Counted from the stretch's first letter, positions 10,868-21,409 are shown. The stretch is DNA of 64,000 nt from an uncultured Verrucomicrobiae bacterium (GCA_963702845.1 OY969763.1:2976001-3040000), one strand, 5' to 3'. Notes: generated by a model from the letters alone, not told the origin. Program-made: numbers and translations.

Positions 10868-11365
10868 GTGAAGACATTCACTTTCTTAATCGTGGCGTTC
10901 GCTGCTGCGTTACTGACTGGATGCGGCTCATCCTCATCCCCGTCGAAAGATGAAGTCGAAAAGGTCGTCGCATCCTACGTGGGCATGGCGCGAGCAGACA
11001 TAGGCGACGTTAAAGTGGATGAGTTCAAAATATTGAAGGACTACACGAAAAAAGTCGCGGACGAGGATGTATTCTTTCGTGAATTCGAAGCGCACTACAC
11101 CGTTACCTATCAGAACAATCCGTCGAAGCATTCTTTCACTGGAACTGTTGCGATGCTCAAGCAAGGGCGGAAATGGACGATGAGGAAAGACCTATGCACC
11201 ATCACTTCGGCGAATTCACCCCCGATCGTTGACGCAGAAACTCAAGCGGCTTCGGAAAAACAGGCGAACGATCCGCGACGGATTGAAGAGCCAAACCAGA
11301 AGATCCGCGAACAGCCTGCGAAAGCGCAAACAAATCAGCAGTGGCATGATTACGTTTCACCGTGA
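10868..11365 (+). CDS. Hypothetical lipoprotein
   Basis: GTG start; lipobox LLTGC. Confidence 0.7.
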   Translation: MKTFTFLIVAFAAALLTGCGSSSSPSKDEVEKVVASYVGMARADIGDVKVDEFKILKDYTKKVADEDVFFREFEAHYTVTYQNNPSKHSFTGTVAMLKQGRKWTMRKDLCTITSANSPPIVDAETQAASEKQANDPRRIEEPNQKIREQPAKAQTNQQWHDYVSP

Positions 11366-12546
11366 GATCGCGAGTAGTCATTGTCAGTTCACTTCTTTGC
11401 AATGTGCTGCTGTTTGGTTTGGTTTTGTATTTGGGCACGAACAGAACAGCTTCCCTCCGGATCAATCCAGTTCAGAGCACGCCGGGCGCTGGCCTGCGCA
11501 CGAAAACCAATGTTGTCATCAAGCCGTTCAATTGGCAGCAGGTTGAGTCGCCGGACTATAAGACCTTTATTGCCAATCTGCGCGCCATCGGATGTCCGGA
11601 AGAAACAATTCGCGACATCGTCATTGCCGATGTGAACAAGCTTTTTGCCGCGCGCGAACGGGCAGTGTCGGGGGCCGATGCCTGGAAATATTGGCGCGCG
11701 AACAACCCGTTACCGGCAAGAATCAGCAAGGAACGCGATGCGCAATTGGCGGCCTTGCATGAACAGAAGCGGGCGGTGATCCGCGCATTGCTCGGAATCG
11801 AGCTGGATGAAGAGATGGCGAAATACGATTCCGGCACGAGTGAAATTTCGCATTTGGATTTTTTGTCATCACAAAAACGGGCGCAAATTCTGGCGATTCA
11901 AAATCGGTTCAAGGAAGCGCAAACAGCGGATTTATGCGAAGGCGGAAACGGCTTGGAGTCGCTCCCGACTGGAAGCAATTGAAAGCCGTTTTCGACCAGC
12001 GGGAATCGGAGTTGGCGCAAGTGCTCTCCAGTGACGAGTTGCGCGAGTATCAATTGCGCAAGGACGAAACGGCGGACAATTTGCGGCGCAACCTGGTCGG
12101 GTTTGCGCCTTCTGAAGCCGAGTTTCAATCGTTATTTCAATTGTTAAAGGCGCACGAGGACAAGTTCAGTTATGCGGATCCCGGCGATGATTCGCTCCCG
12201 GAACAAAAATGGAAGGACCGCGGCGGCGATGGACGAACAAATCAAGAGTTTGTTGGGTGACACGCGCTATGCGGAGTATAAACGCGCGAATAATCCGCAG
12301 TTTCAGGAGTTGTATCAATTCACGCAGCAATTTGATTTGCCGGCAGAGACGGCGGCGGCAATTCTTGATCGACACCAGCAGATGCAGAATGAACTCCGCC
12401 AATATTCAACGCTCAGTCCGGATCAGCAACAGCAGCAGTTGACGCGGCTGCAAGGAGAGATGGATTCGATGTTGCGCGATAAGCTGGGCGACAAAGCATA
12501 TACGCTGTTCCAGGAGCGAGGCGTTGAGCATTGGCTTGGAAATTAG
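11362..12546 (+). CDS. Hypothetical membrane-anchored helical protein, frameshifted
   Basis: N-terminal TM; WQQVESPDYKTFIANLRAIGCPEETIRDI motif; continues through ORFs 11934-12260 and 12172-12546. Confidence 0.7.
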
Positions 12547-12576
12547 AGGAGTTCGGTCGAGGACGGAAGCAACGGG

Positions 12577-12604
12577 AAAGCGGCAGAGGGCTGCCGACTC
12601 CAAG
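12577..12604. repeat. REP-like palindrome
   Basis: cggcag-aggg-ctgccg-actcc just after a stop codon. Confidence 0.55.
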
Positions 12605-12614
12605 CCAGCAAACA

Positions 12615-12744
12615 GGTGTCCTCACTATCATTTTCCATTTTCGATATCCCACCCCGCTTGACACAGTAGCAATGTTACTCAAACTCAACGGAGGCGACCA
12701 CGAGGCGAGGTAAATCGTCGGGAAGCACCCCGCTGCCCTCTGCA
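12615..12744 (+). repeat. Dispersed repeat, complete A+B copy
   Basis: First 105 nt match 7842-7943; the next 25 nt match 3739-3762. Confidence 0.9.
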
Positions 12745-12792
12745 TCCCTGGGCTGAGCGGACTAAACCCCTTTGAGGTTTTATTACACAACG

Positions 12793-12884
12793 TTGACACG
12801 CCGTTGCTTCACGTTATAATCCCTTCGGCCGCTGGCCCTTACCGGCATTCGGGGAAGTGCAACCCGGATTATGATCTTTGACAA
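12793..12884 (+). promoter_or_regulatory. Consensus sigma70 promoter followed by boxA-like site
   Basis: TTGACA(12793)-N16-TATAAT(12815); TGATCTTTGACA at 12872 (10/12 to E. coli boxA TGCTCTTTAACA). Confidence 0.75.
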
Positions 12885-13220
12885 AAGTAGAAACATTTCT
12901 TTCTACTAAGTTTCTCCACTTGGCAACTAATTGCCGGAAGTTGAAGGAAGTTGCCAGAAGTAGAAACATTTCGATGATATTCTTTGATCCTGTTGTTTTA
13001 GGCCACAAACCAGACGCGGGGTTATTGTTGAGGACGGATTAGCGCTAACATTAATAAAGAGGAAATTAGAGCCTTCTGACGTCGGCTACTACGAGGGATT
13101 GGGTTTTGTGTCATTAAGAGTTTCTTAGGTCGTGGTTCTAATTCAATGGCGCGTCGATGCTGCTTGCTGTTGGGCGTGAATCAGGGCAATGAATAGACAC
13201 CCAACGGACACTACTCACTT

Positions 13221-14150
13221 ATGAGGATCAGGAAGCTTGTACGTTGGGGTTCTGCAAACGCATTTGCAGGTGCCGCCTTTACTTTAATTGAGCTGCTGGT
13301 GGTGATCGCGATCATTGCGATTCTGGCGGCGATGTTACTTCCCACTTTGAGCCGCGCGAAGGATAAGGCGCTGGCGACGTCGTGCTTAAGTAATACGAGG
13401 CAGATCGCCCTGGGTGTTATGATGTACGCGGGCGATAATCAGGATTATTTTCCGCAGGTAACTCCGTGGTGGACTGCCGGGCCTTATCAAAATTCTGCTG
13501 GTTTGGCGTGCGGTGGTGAATGGTTTCGTAAGGATCGGGTTACTCCAAATACGATCGCTCCCATGTTGCAGAAGTATGTGGTGAATGATGTGGTTTGGAC
13601 GTGTCCGAAGCGCAAACGTGGCCTTAGTTATGGCGTTGGGAGTTCGGTGAAACCGGGGCATCCCAGCGTCACGGGTTTTCTTTCGTATGGTTTCAATGAA
13701 ATCGGCGTTTTTGGCGGGCCGGATTTAGCTACCGGCGATATGACCGGAAATATTCAAAAGTTCAAATCTGCCAGCGTGCAAAGGCCGGCATCGATGGTGG
13801 CTATCTGTGATTGTAGCGGTTCGATTGACCCTTCGCACATTAACGGCGACGCGGATGCAGCGTGGCTGGACACAGTTTGGGCGGGGGGATCCGGTCCGAC
13901 AATGGCGGTCGCTGGATTTAATGGACGGGTGCAGACGGCTTACGCGAAGCATGCGAACCGAATCAATGTGATTTATGTGGATGGTCACGCCGCGGCGACA
14001 TATCCGAGCCAGCTGACGTGGGGCCAGTTCTGGGGAGAGTTCAGGACTGGGATCGTCCTTAAAGCGTACAACGGCGCCACCAAGGTCTCAGACGCTTTTA
14101 TCAGCAAAGCTGCATATGACCCGCTGCAATGGTCGAACGCGGCCGAGTAG
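13221..14150 (+). CDS. Prepilin-type N-terminal cleavage/methylation protein with H-X9-DG motif
   Basis: [29 protein letters not shown]....NVIYVDGH. Confidence 0.9.
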   Translation: MRIRKLVRWGSANAFAGAAFTLIELLVVIAIIAILAAMLLPTLSRAKDKALATSCLSNTRQIALGVMMYAGDNQDYFPQVTPWWTAGPYQNSAGLACGGEWFRKDRVTPNTIAPMLQKYVVNDVVWTCPKRKRGLSYGVGSSVKPGHPSVTGFLSYGFNEIGVFGGPDLATGDMTGNIQKFKSASVQRPASMVAICDCSGSIDPSHINGDADAAWLDTVWAGGSGPTMAVAGFNGRVQTAYAKHANRINVIYVDGHAAATYPSQLTWGQFWGEFRTGIVLKAYNGATKVSDAFISKAAYDPLQWSNAAE

Positions 14151-14162
14151 TCTCCTGACGGT

Positions 14163-14606
14163 TTATTTGCGAAGGAGGTATAGACCACCGATCGCCATTG
14201 CAACGCCAAGAAGTCGCGGCCATGAAGCGGATTCTTTGAAAAAGAAGATGCCTGACACAGCCATGATGGCAGCGCCACCTGCGAGGATCATCGGCACGGC
14301 AGAAAGCGGGCCGCCTTTTTGAAACAGTAGAAAGAAAAGAATAGTGCCGATACCGACGCAGATGCCGGTGAGGAGCGACCACCCAACGCCGGGCGTGCTC
14401 GCCTGCTGTTGCCAGCGTCCGGAAAAATAAAGAAATCCAAGGTAGACCAGAATGGTGAGGGCTGCGCTGGCTTCGACAACGAAGCCGCCAAGGCCATCGC
14501 TGATGTGATCGGAAGCGAGATTGGTGAAAACTTGGTGCAGGCCGTAGAGGACAGCGGCGCCAATGGCGTACCAGAACCAGTTGCTCATAGGCTTTGTGTT
14601 GGTCAT
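14163..14606 (-). CDS. EamA/DMT-family small transporter
   Basis: Five TM helices; FFKESASWPRLLG motif. Confidence 0.8.
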   Translation of the reverse strand: MTNTKPMSNWFWYAIGAAVLYGLHQVFTNLASDHISDGLGGFVVEASAALTILVYLGFLYFSGRWQQQASTPGVGWSLLTGICVGIGTILFFLLFQKGGPLSAVPMILAGGAAIMAVSGIFFFKESASWPRLLGVAMAIGGLYLLRK

Positions 14607-14716
14607 TGCGCGTTGGGGGAATATGCGGCGAGGAGCGGGAAGCGTCTAGATGCGAGAGATGCAATCCGCCCCTTTTGGAAGCTGTTGGACAGAGGTGATC
14701 CCCGTCTGACACTTCG

Positions 14717-16150
14717 CTATACTTGCCTGCGTCCGGAACGCATCGCCAATGACAATAGCGGACCGGTCATGCAAGTGGTCACCAGGGCCATGACCACCAT
14801 CATGGTGAAGACTCGCGGGGAGAGGATGCCGAGATCGAAGCCGATGTTGAGGACGATGAGTTCGACGAGGCCACGCGTGTTCATCATTGCGCCAAGGGCA
14901 AAGGAGTCGCGCCAGTTCATCCCGGTCCAACGCGCGATAATCATGCTACCGCCGAGTTTTCCGAGGGTGGCGACGGCGATCAGTCCCAGACAGATGGAAG
15001 CGGTTTGCCAATCGTTGAGCAGGCCAATTTGTGTGCGTAAGCCGGTAAACGCGAAGAATAACGGCAGGAGGAATGCGGAGCTGAAGCTTTCGAGTCGCTC
15101 ACGCAATTGGGCACGGAATTCAGTTCGTTGCGGCATGCAGACGCCAGACATGAATGCTCCGAACAATGCGTGGATACCGATGATTTCGGTGAGCAGGCCG
15201 CAGGCGAAAACGAGCACAAGTACGGCAACAATGGTGTTGCGAGTGAGCGTTGGCGTTGATTGCGGCGCGGGAGTGAGCGAGCGTTGGAGGAATGGTTTTA
15301 CGATGAGGAGCATCGCGGCGAAGAACATGACGAGGAGAACAATTGTCGTCCAACAGTTGGCTGGGCTTTGAGATTTGGCGAACGCAACGACGAAGGCGAG
15401 GATAGTCCATGCCGTGACGTCATCGACGGCAGCGCAGGTTAGAGCGGTTGAGCCGAGTTGGCTTTTGGTGAGGCCGCGTTCTTCGATGATCCGCGCGAGC
15501 ACCGGAAATGCGGTGATGCTCATGGCGATGCCCATGAACAGCGCGAAGGGAGTGAAATGAACATTCGAGGCGGCGTAAGCGCGGTAGATGAACAATGATA
15601 CAAGGACGCCGAGAAAATAGGGAAAAACGATGCTGGCGTGACTGACCATGACGGCGGTCCGCGCTTTGCTGCGGAGTTGTTTGACGTCAAGTTCCATCCC
15701 GACGACGAACATGAAAAGAATGACGCCGATCTGGCTGAGAATGCGAAGGGCACCGAGGGAGTTGGGCGGAAAAACGAACTGGAACGCGGCGGGAAAAAGC
15801 GCCCCGACAACGGACGGCCCAAGAACGATGCCGGCAACCATTTCGCCGATGACGGCAGGCTGGTGCAGTTTGACAAAAACTGCGGCGAACAAACGTGCGA
15901 GCAGAACGATGAGGATGAGTTGAACGAGCAAGAGGCTCAGGGGTTCGCGAAGGTTTTCACGAATTCCCTGGAGTGAACTGGAGATAGAATTGTTGTTTAA
16001 GGGCGTCGTGATTGTAGCAGTGGATTGCGGCGCGGTGATTGTTTGTTGTTCGAGATGTTTGCCTTCCTGAAGGATGAACCAGATGCCGACGCCGCACGCC
16101 ACAACCACGGCGGTATAGGCGAGATACAGAATTAGGTTTGAGCGCGTCAC
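14717..16150 (-). CDS. Cation:proton antiporter (CPA2 family)
   Basis: QPAVIGEMVAGIVLGPS, SITAFPVLARI, AAVDDV, MNTRGLVEL. Confidence 0.9.
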   Translation of the reverse strand: MTRSNLILYLAYTAVVVACGVGIWFILQEGKHLEQQTITAPQSTATITTPLNNNSISSSLQGIRENLREPLSLLLVQLILIVLLARLFAAVFVKLHQPAVIGEMVAGIVLGPSVVGALFPAAFQFVFPPNSLGALRILSQIGVILFMFVVGMELDVKQLRSKARTAVMVSHASIVFPYFLGVLVSLFIYRAYAASNVHFTPFALFMGIAMSITAFPVLARIIEERGLTKSQLGSTALTCAAVDDVTAWTILAFVVAFAKSQSPANCWTTIVLLVMFFAAMLLIVKPFLQRSLTPAPQSTPTLTRNTIVAVLVLVFACGLLTEIIGIHALFGAFMSGVCMPQRTEFRAQLRERLESFSSAFLLPLFFAFTGLRTQIGLLNDWQTASICLGLIAVATLGKLGGSMIIARWTGMNWRDSFALGAMMNTRGLVELIVLNIGFDLGILSPRVFTMMVVMALVTTCMTGPLLSLAMRSGRRQV

Positions 16151-16217
16151 GGAAAAGCCAAGGTCGCACGGCCGATGCGGCACAACATTGAGGTGATTAC
16201 CACGGCGGCGCAGATCG

Positions 16218-17384
16218 CTACTTTACGTCGAGCTTCGTCCACCTGGCGTTGGCCTTCGATGAAGCGACGACGGCTTCGATGAATGCCATGCCGCGGACGC
16301 CGTCTTCGATGCGCGGGTAGTCCAACGCTGGATCGCTCGGCGCAAGTTTGCGTTTATCTTCGACGGCGCGAAGGTGGTTGGCGAAGTTTTTGTAAATGTT
16401 GGCGAAAGCTTCGAGGTAACCTTCGGGATGCGCGGGCGGAGTGCGACCGGCGGACTTCGCGGCGGCGCTGAGATATCCCTGAGCGGTGCGCAGGAGTTGA
16501 ACGGGTTGATCAGGCCATTTCGCGATGAGCGTGTTCGGTTCTCTTTGATGCCATTCGAGGCTGCCTTTTTCGCCGTGCACGCGGATGTTGAGATTGTTTT
16601 CCTCGCCAATGCTGATTTGGGAGGCGTGCAGAATTCCTTTGGCGCCGTTGTCGAAACGGAGGAGGACGTTGACGTCGTCATCGAGGACGCGGCCTTTGAC
16701 GAAGGTGGTGATGTCGGCAGCGAGTTCTTTGATTTTTATGCCGGTGATGTATTCGGCAAGATTTTCGGCGTGCGTGCCGATGTCGCCGACGCAGCCCCCT
16801 GCTCCGCTTTGTTTGGGGTCGGTGCGCCAGAAGGCCTGTTTTTGGCCGAGGATTTCAAGGCGCGTGGCAAGCCAGCCTTGTGGGTATTCGACAACGACTT
16901 TGCGGACCTTGCCGATTTTGCCGGACTTGACCATGTCGCGCGCTTCTTTGACGAGCGGGTAGCCGGTGTAGTTGTGAGTGAGCGCGTAGAGCAGGCCAGT
17001 TTTTTTGACGAGGTCGCGAAGTTGTTTGGCTTGCTTGAGATTGAAGGTCGCGGGTTTGTCGCTGAGAACATGGAAGCCGTTTTCGAGAGCCATCTTCGCC
17101 GGAGGGAAATGCATGTGGTTCGGCGTGACGATGGCAATGAAGTCCACGCGCTTGTCCTTGGGCAGCTTGGCCTCGGACTTGATCATTTCCTCGAACGTGC
17201 CGTAACAACGATCCGGCGGCAGGAAAAGGTCTGCGCCGCTGGCTTTGCTTTTTTCGGGGTCGCTCGAAAACGCTCCGCAAACTAAATCAATCTGTTGATC
17301 CATGGCAGCGGCAATGCGATGCACTGCGCCAATGAAAGCACCACGGCCACCGCCCACCATTCCATAACGAAGTTTTCGGCTCAT
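16218..17384 (-). CDS. Gfo/Idh/MocA-family oxidoreductase
   Basis: GMVGGGRGAFIG, VTPNHMH, DKP, GDIGTHA. Confidence 0.9.
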   Translation of the reverse strand: MSRKLRYGMVGGGRGAFIGAVHRIAAAMDQQIDLVCGAFSSDPEKSKASGADLFLPPDRCYGTFEEMIKSEAKLPKDKRVDFIAIVTPNHMHFPPAKMALENGFHVLSDKPATFNLKQAKQLRDLVKKTGLLYALTHNYTGYPLVKEARDMVKSGKIGKVRKVVVEYPQGWLATRLEILGQKQAFWRTDPKQSGAGGCVGDIGTHAENLAEYITGIKIKELAADITTFVKGRVLDDDVNVLLRFDNGAKGILHASQISIGEENNLNIRVHGEKGSLEWHQREPNTLIAKWPDQPVQLLRTAQGYLSAAAKSAGRTPPAHPEGYLEAFANIYKNFANHLRAVEDKRKLAPSDPALDYPRIEDGVRGMAFIEAVVASSKANARWTKLDVK

Positions 17385-17505
17385 AAATTTATTCCGCCTG
17401 CTTACGTTGGCGGCTACGTTGTGTTAGTTGTTGAATATTGATTGCGAACTACGCTTTTATAGAGAGACATGATTTGCCAGTCAATCAAAGGAGCGCGGAT
17501 ATAGT

Positions 17506-18537
17506 ATGTCATTTACTGCTGCACAAATCGCAAAAGACCTCGGCGGCGAGGTGCTCGGGGATGATTCATTGGCTCTGACGGGATTCGCACCCGCTACTAC
17601 TGCCAAACCCGGCGACCTGACGTTTGCCGAAAACGAAACGTTTTTTCTCAAGGCAGAACAAAGCGCGGCGAGCGCGATTTTGATTGATGGGCCGTTTACG
17701 TCAACGAAGAAGGTTTTGATCAAGGTAACCAACGCGCGCATTGCGTTCGCGAAAGTGTTGCCGTTTTTCTTTCCGGACAAAAAATTTGCGCCGGGTGTTC
17801 ATCCGACTGCGGCTATCGACGCGTCGGCAAAGGTTGATCCCAGTGCGCATGTCGGCCCGCATTGTGTCGTTGCCGAAGGTGTGAAGATTGGTGCGAATGT
17901 CGTTTTGGAAAGTGGGATTCATGTGGGGCCTTCGACGACAATCGGTGCGGACTCGCACATCTTTCCGAATGTTACGATTTATGCACTGACGCAAATTGGG
18001 CAGCGCGTGCGTATTCATGCCGGCACGGCAATTGGATCGGATGGTTTCGGTTATGTTTTTGATTCAGGCGTGCATCGTAAAATTCCGCAGGTGGGTTGCG
18101 TGATTATAGGAGATGATGTCGAAATCGGCTCCAATGTTTGTATTGATCGCGGTGCACTTGGGCCGACAACGATTGGTAAAGGGACGAAGATCGATAATCT
18201 TGTGCAGATCGCGCACAACGTCACGATTGGCGAACATTGTTTGATCGTCGGGCAAGCTGGTGTGGCTGGCAGCACCAAGATTGGGAATTACACGACGCTC
18301 GCCGGACAAGTCGGAGTTGCCGGGCATTTGAAGATCGGCAACAAGGTCATCGTCGCTGCGCAAAGCGGCGTGATGCATGATATTCCGGATGGCGCAAAAT
18401 ATCTCGGCGCGCCCGCGCAACCAGATCGCGACGCGAAACGGACGCTGATTGCGATTCAGCAGCTGCCGGAATTGATTCGACGCGTGAAGGAGTTGGAGAG
18501 GTGGGTTGGGCGTGCGCCTGATGGAACGAAGGAATAA
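17506..18537 (+). CDS. lpxD: UDP-3-O-(3-hydroxyacyl)glucosamine N-acyltransferase
   Basis: Hexapeptide repeats; [20 protein letters not shown]. Confidence 0.95.
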   Translation: MSFTAAQIAKDLGGEVLGDDSLALTGFAPATTAKPGDLTFAENETFFLKAEQSAASAILIDGPFTSTKKVLIKVTNARIAFAKVLPFFFPDKKFAPGVHPTAAIDASAKVDPSAHVGPHCVVAEGVKIGANVVLESGIHVGPSTTIGADSHIFPNVTIYALTQIGQRVRIHAGTAIGSDGFGYVFDSGVHRKIPQVGCVIIGDDVEIGSNVCIDRGALGPTTIGKGTKIDNLVQIAHNVTIGEHCLIVGQAGVAGSTKIGNYTTLAGQVGVAGHLKIGNKVIVAAQSGVMHDIPDGAKYLGAPAQPDRDAKRTLIAIQQLPELIRRVKELERWVGRAPDGTKE

Positions 18538-18542
18538 GTTTG

Positions 18543-18600
18543 GCTCCTCTCCCCAACCCTCTCCTCGCCGAACGTCGGCCTCGCACAGAGGAGAGGGAGA
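18543..18600. repeat. CCCTCTCC...GGAGAGGG palindromic element between convergent genes
   Basis: ccctctcctc...gaggagaggg inverted repeat. Confidence 0.6.
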
Positions 18601-18607
18601 AGACAAC

Positions 18608-20221
18608 TTACAAACCGATCACGACGGCTTTCGTTTGTGTATAGAGATTGAGCACTTCGTGGCCCATTTCCCTGCCCCAGCCTGATTGCTTGTAGCCGCC
18701 GAATGGGAGCGCGGAATCGAATATGTTATAGCAATTGACCCATACGGTTCCCGCACGGAGAGCAGCGGCGATTTTGTGCGCTTTGGAAATATCGCGGGTC
18801 CAGACACCAGCAGCGAGACCGTAGTTTGTTTGATTGGCGCGAGGAAGAAGTTCTTCGGGATTGGTGAAAGGTTCGGCCACAACGACTGGTCCAAAGATTT
18901 CTTCGCGGACGACACTCATGGTTGGCTTCACGTCACGGATGACGGTGGGCTCGACGAAATAGCCTTTATCTCCCTTACGTTTTCCGCCGCTCAGGTAACA
19001 CGCGCCGTCGCGAAGGCCCTGGGCCATGAAGCCGGTAACGCGTTGAAGTTGTTCGGTCGAGACGAGCGGGCCCATTTCGGTGCTGGGATCAAGGCCGGGC
19101 CCGAGTTTAATTTTTTTGGCGCGTTGCGCGACACCGTCGACAACTTTGTCGAACACGTCTTTTTCGACGAGCAAGCGGGAACCGGCGCAGCAGCATTGGC
19201 CGTGGTTGAAGAAGATGGCGTTGGCAGCGCCTTGAATCGCCGCATCGAGATCGTTGACGTCTTTGAAAATGATGTTCGGAGATTTGCCGCCGAGTTCGAG
19301 GCTGACTTTTTTCAAATTACCGGCGGCAGCCCGAACGATGATTTTGCCGACTTCGGTTGAACCGGTGAATGCGATTTTGTCCACGTCCTCATTTGCAGCG
19401 AGCGCAGCACCGGCGGTTTCACCGAAACCAGTGACAACGTTGACGACGCCTTCGGGCAAGCCGGCTTCGAGTAAAATTTCAGCGAGACGCAATGCTGACA
19501 ACGGAGTTTGTTCGGCTGGTTTGAGCACGACGGTGTTTCCGGTGGTGAGCGCGGGACCGAGTTTCCACGCGGCCATCAGCAATGGGAAATTCCACGGGAT
19601 AATCTGGCCGACGACGCCGACGGGTTCGCGTTGGGTGAACGCGTGGAATTTCGCGCCGGGTGCGTAGAGGACACTGATGGGAATTGTGTTGCCTTCAATC
19701 TTGGTCGCCCAACCGGCCATGTAGTGGAACAGGTCGGCGGCGAGTGCGACATCGGCAACGCGGGCGACGGCACGAGGTTTGCCGTTGTCGAGCGATTCGA
19801 TTTCGGCCAGTTCATCGGCGTACTTCAAAATCAAATCGCCAATTTTCCAGATCACTTTGCCGCGTTCACTTGGGGTCGTTTTCGCCCATGGCCCTTCAAA
19901 GGCGCGGCGCGCGGCGCGAACAGCACGGCGGATATCTTCCCCTTCGCTGTCGGGCACATGCGAGAGCACAGAGCCATCGGCTGGATTGTATACTTCGAAT
20001 GTTTTGCTGGAAGCGGCCGGGACCCACTTGCCGTCAATTAAATTGTGTTTTGGTTTGCGCAACCAACTATTGACGTTTCGACTGGGGTGCAATTGAGACA
20101 TTTTACTCGACCCGTTGCCGTTACCATTTCCGTTTCCATTGCCGTTGGAGGAGACTTTTGCGTTGCGTGATACTATGGCGGAACTAACGATGGTCCGCCG
20201 GCGGTTAGCCGTGGTTTTCAT
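18608..20221 (-). CDS. NAD-dependent aldehyde dehydrogenase
   Basis: IIPWNFP, FTGSTEVG, LELGGKS, GQCC, EEIFGP; start may be 20221 or 20101. Confidence 0.95.
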   Translation of the reverse strand: MKTTANRRRTIVSSAIVSRNAKVSSNGNGNGNGNGNGSSKMSQLHPSRNVNSWLRKPKHNLIDGKWVPAASSKTFEVYNPADGSVLSHVPDSEGEDIRRAVRAARRAFEGPWAKTTPSERGKVIWKIGDLILKYADELAEIESLDNGKPRAVARVADVALAADLFHYMAGWATKIEGNTIPISVLYAPGAKFHAFTQREPVGVVGQIIPWNFPLLMAAWKLGPALTTGNTVVLKPAEQTPLSALRLAEILLEAGLPEGVVNVVTGFGETAGAALAANEDVDKIAFTGSTEVGKIIVRAAAGNLKKVSLELGGKSPNIIFKDVNDLDAAIQGAANAIFFNHGQCCCAGSRLLVEKDVFDKVVDGVAQRAKKIKLGPGLDPSTEMGPLVSTEQLQRVTGFMAQGLRDGACYLSGGKRKGDKGYFVEPTVIRDVKPTMSVVREEIFGPVVVAEPFTNPEELLPRANQTNYGLAAGVWTRDISKAHKIAAALRAGTVWVNCYNIFDSALPFGGYKQSGWGREMGHEVLNLYTQTKAVVIGL

Positions 20222-20581
20222 GCGAGTAGTGATTTGGTGGTTCGGCGGGAACTTTAGACGTTTCCCAAGCATCGCACAATGGGAAATTGTCAGTTGTTTA
20301 GCGAAGCCACTCAACGAATTGCTGTCATCGAAAACACGGTGACAATTCAATGATTCGCGTCAAAGTGAGCGTGCAAACGCACATTTAGATTGAGATGCAT
20401 ATATCTAGACAAGATATAAGCGATTTGGCAGGCTCTTTGTAGCGCCAACGGAAGGAAACTAATGATGCTGCAGGCGCAAACGTAAACGATAAACAACAAC
20501 AGGCGAAGTCCTTAGCCCGAACCGACCTAGTGGCGGCCAACCAGCCCGACCAACGACGCCGAAGGGCAGCCGAGATAAATC

Positions 20582-21388
20582 ATGAAATCTTCATTCGCAA
20601 ACCTCAGCAACCGACTCGTGAAAGCTTTCACGCTGATCGAGTTGCTGGTTGTGATAGCGATCATTGCTATCCTCGCGTCCATGCTGTTACCCGCGCTAGC
20701 GCGTGCCAAAGCCGCGGCGCAGACCACGAAGTGCATCAATAACATGAAGCAGTGGGCTTTAGGTTTTAAGATGTATTCTGACGACAACAGAGATGTCGTC
20801 CCTGAAGAAGGTAACATTGGCTCGTTGATTAGTGATCCAGTAAATAATGGCGACGCCTGGTATAACGCCGTTCCTCCTACGACTGGGCTGAGAGCTTTAA
20901 GTAACATGTACGCTGGCGGCCAATATCCTGTGCCGAGTTCTCCCAGCATCTTTTCCTGTCCGGCGGCGGCAAACCCCCTTCCCACTAAGACACCGAGTAA
21001 AAGCTTCGCGTACTTTATGTATGGTGAAAACAATTGGCTTTGCGTAAACAAATCGACTGTCGCAGGAGGCGCATCCCAGACGAAATTTTCCACATTGCCC
21101 CGACCGTCTGCCACGATCCTTATGGCTGAAGTCGACGGTAATGATGCGACTCTACCGTCAACCTCCGGTGTTGCTCCGCAATATGCCATCGCACGGCACC
21201 CGCAAACCAATAGTACCTCCAGCAGGGGCGTTTTCTCGCTTGCTGACGGCCATGCAGCGGTCCTTAAGACGAACGAATTCCGGCACACAGGTGACTCTGT
21301 ATCGGCCGCTGCCGAATGGAACGCTACTGGGGGCGGATATACATCTTGGCCGGCCTACTGGTGGCCCACCCCCACGACACCTAATTAA
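20582..21388 (+). CDS. Prepilin-type N-terminal cleavage/methylation protein with H-X-DGH motif
   Basis: [26 protein letters not shown]...FSLADGH. Confidence 0.9.
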   Translation: MKSSFANLSNRLVKAFTLIELLVVIAIIAILASMLLPALARAKAAAQTTKCINNMKQWALGFKMYSDDNRDVVPEEGNIGSLISDPVNNGDAWYNAVPPTTGLRALSNMYAGGQYPVPSSPSIFSCPAAANPLPTKTPSKSFAYFMYGENNWLCVNKSTVAGGASQTKFSTLPRPSATILMAEVDGNDATLPSTSGVAPQYAIARHPQTNSTSSRGVFSLADGHAAVLKTNEFRHTGDSVSAAAEWNATGGGYTSWPAYWWPTPTTPN

Positions 21389-21409
21389 GCCCAAACGGCT
21401 GAGTCGTTT

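Noticed and set aside
2053..12546. Integron cassette array
   Set aside because: Mixed gene orientations, no recognisable attC sites, no intI
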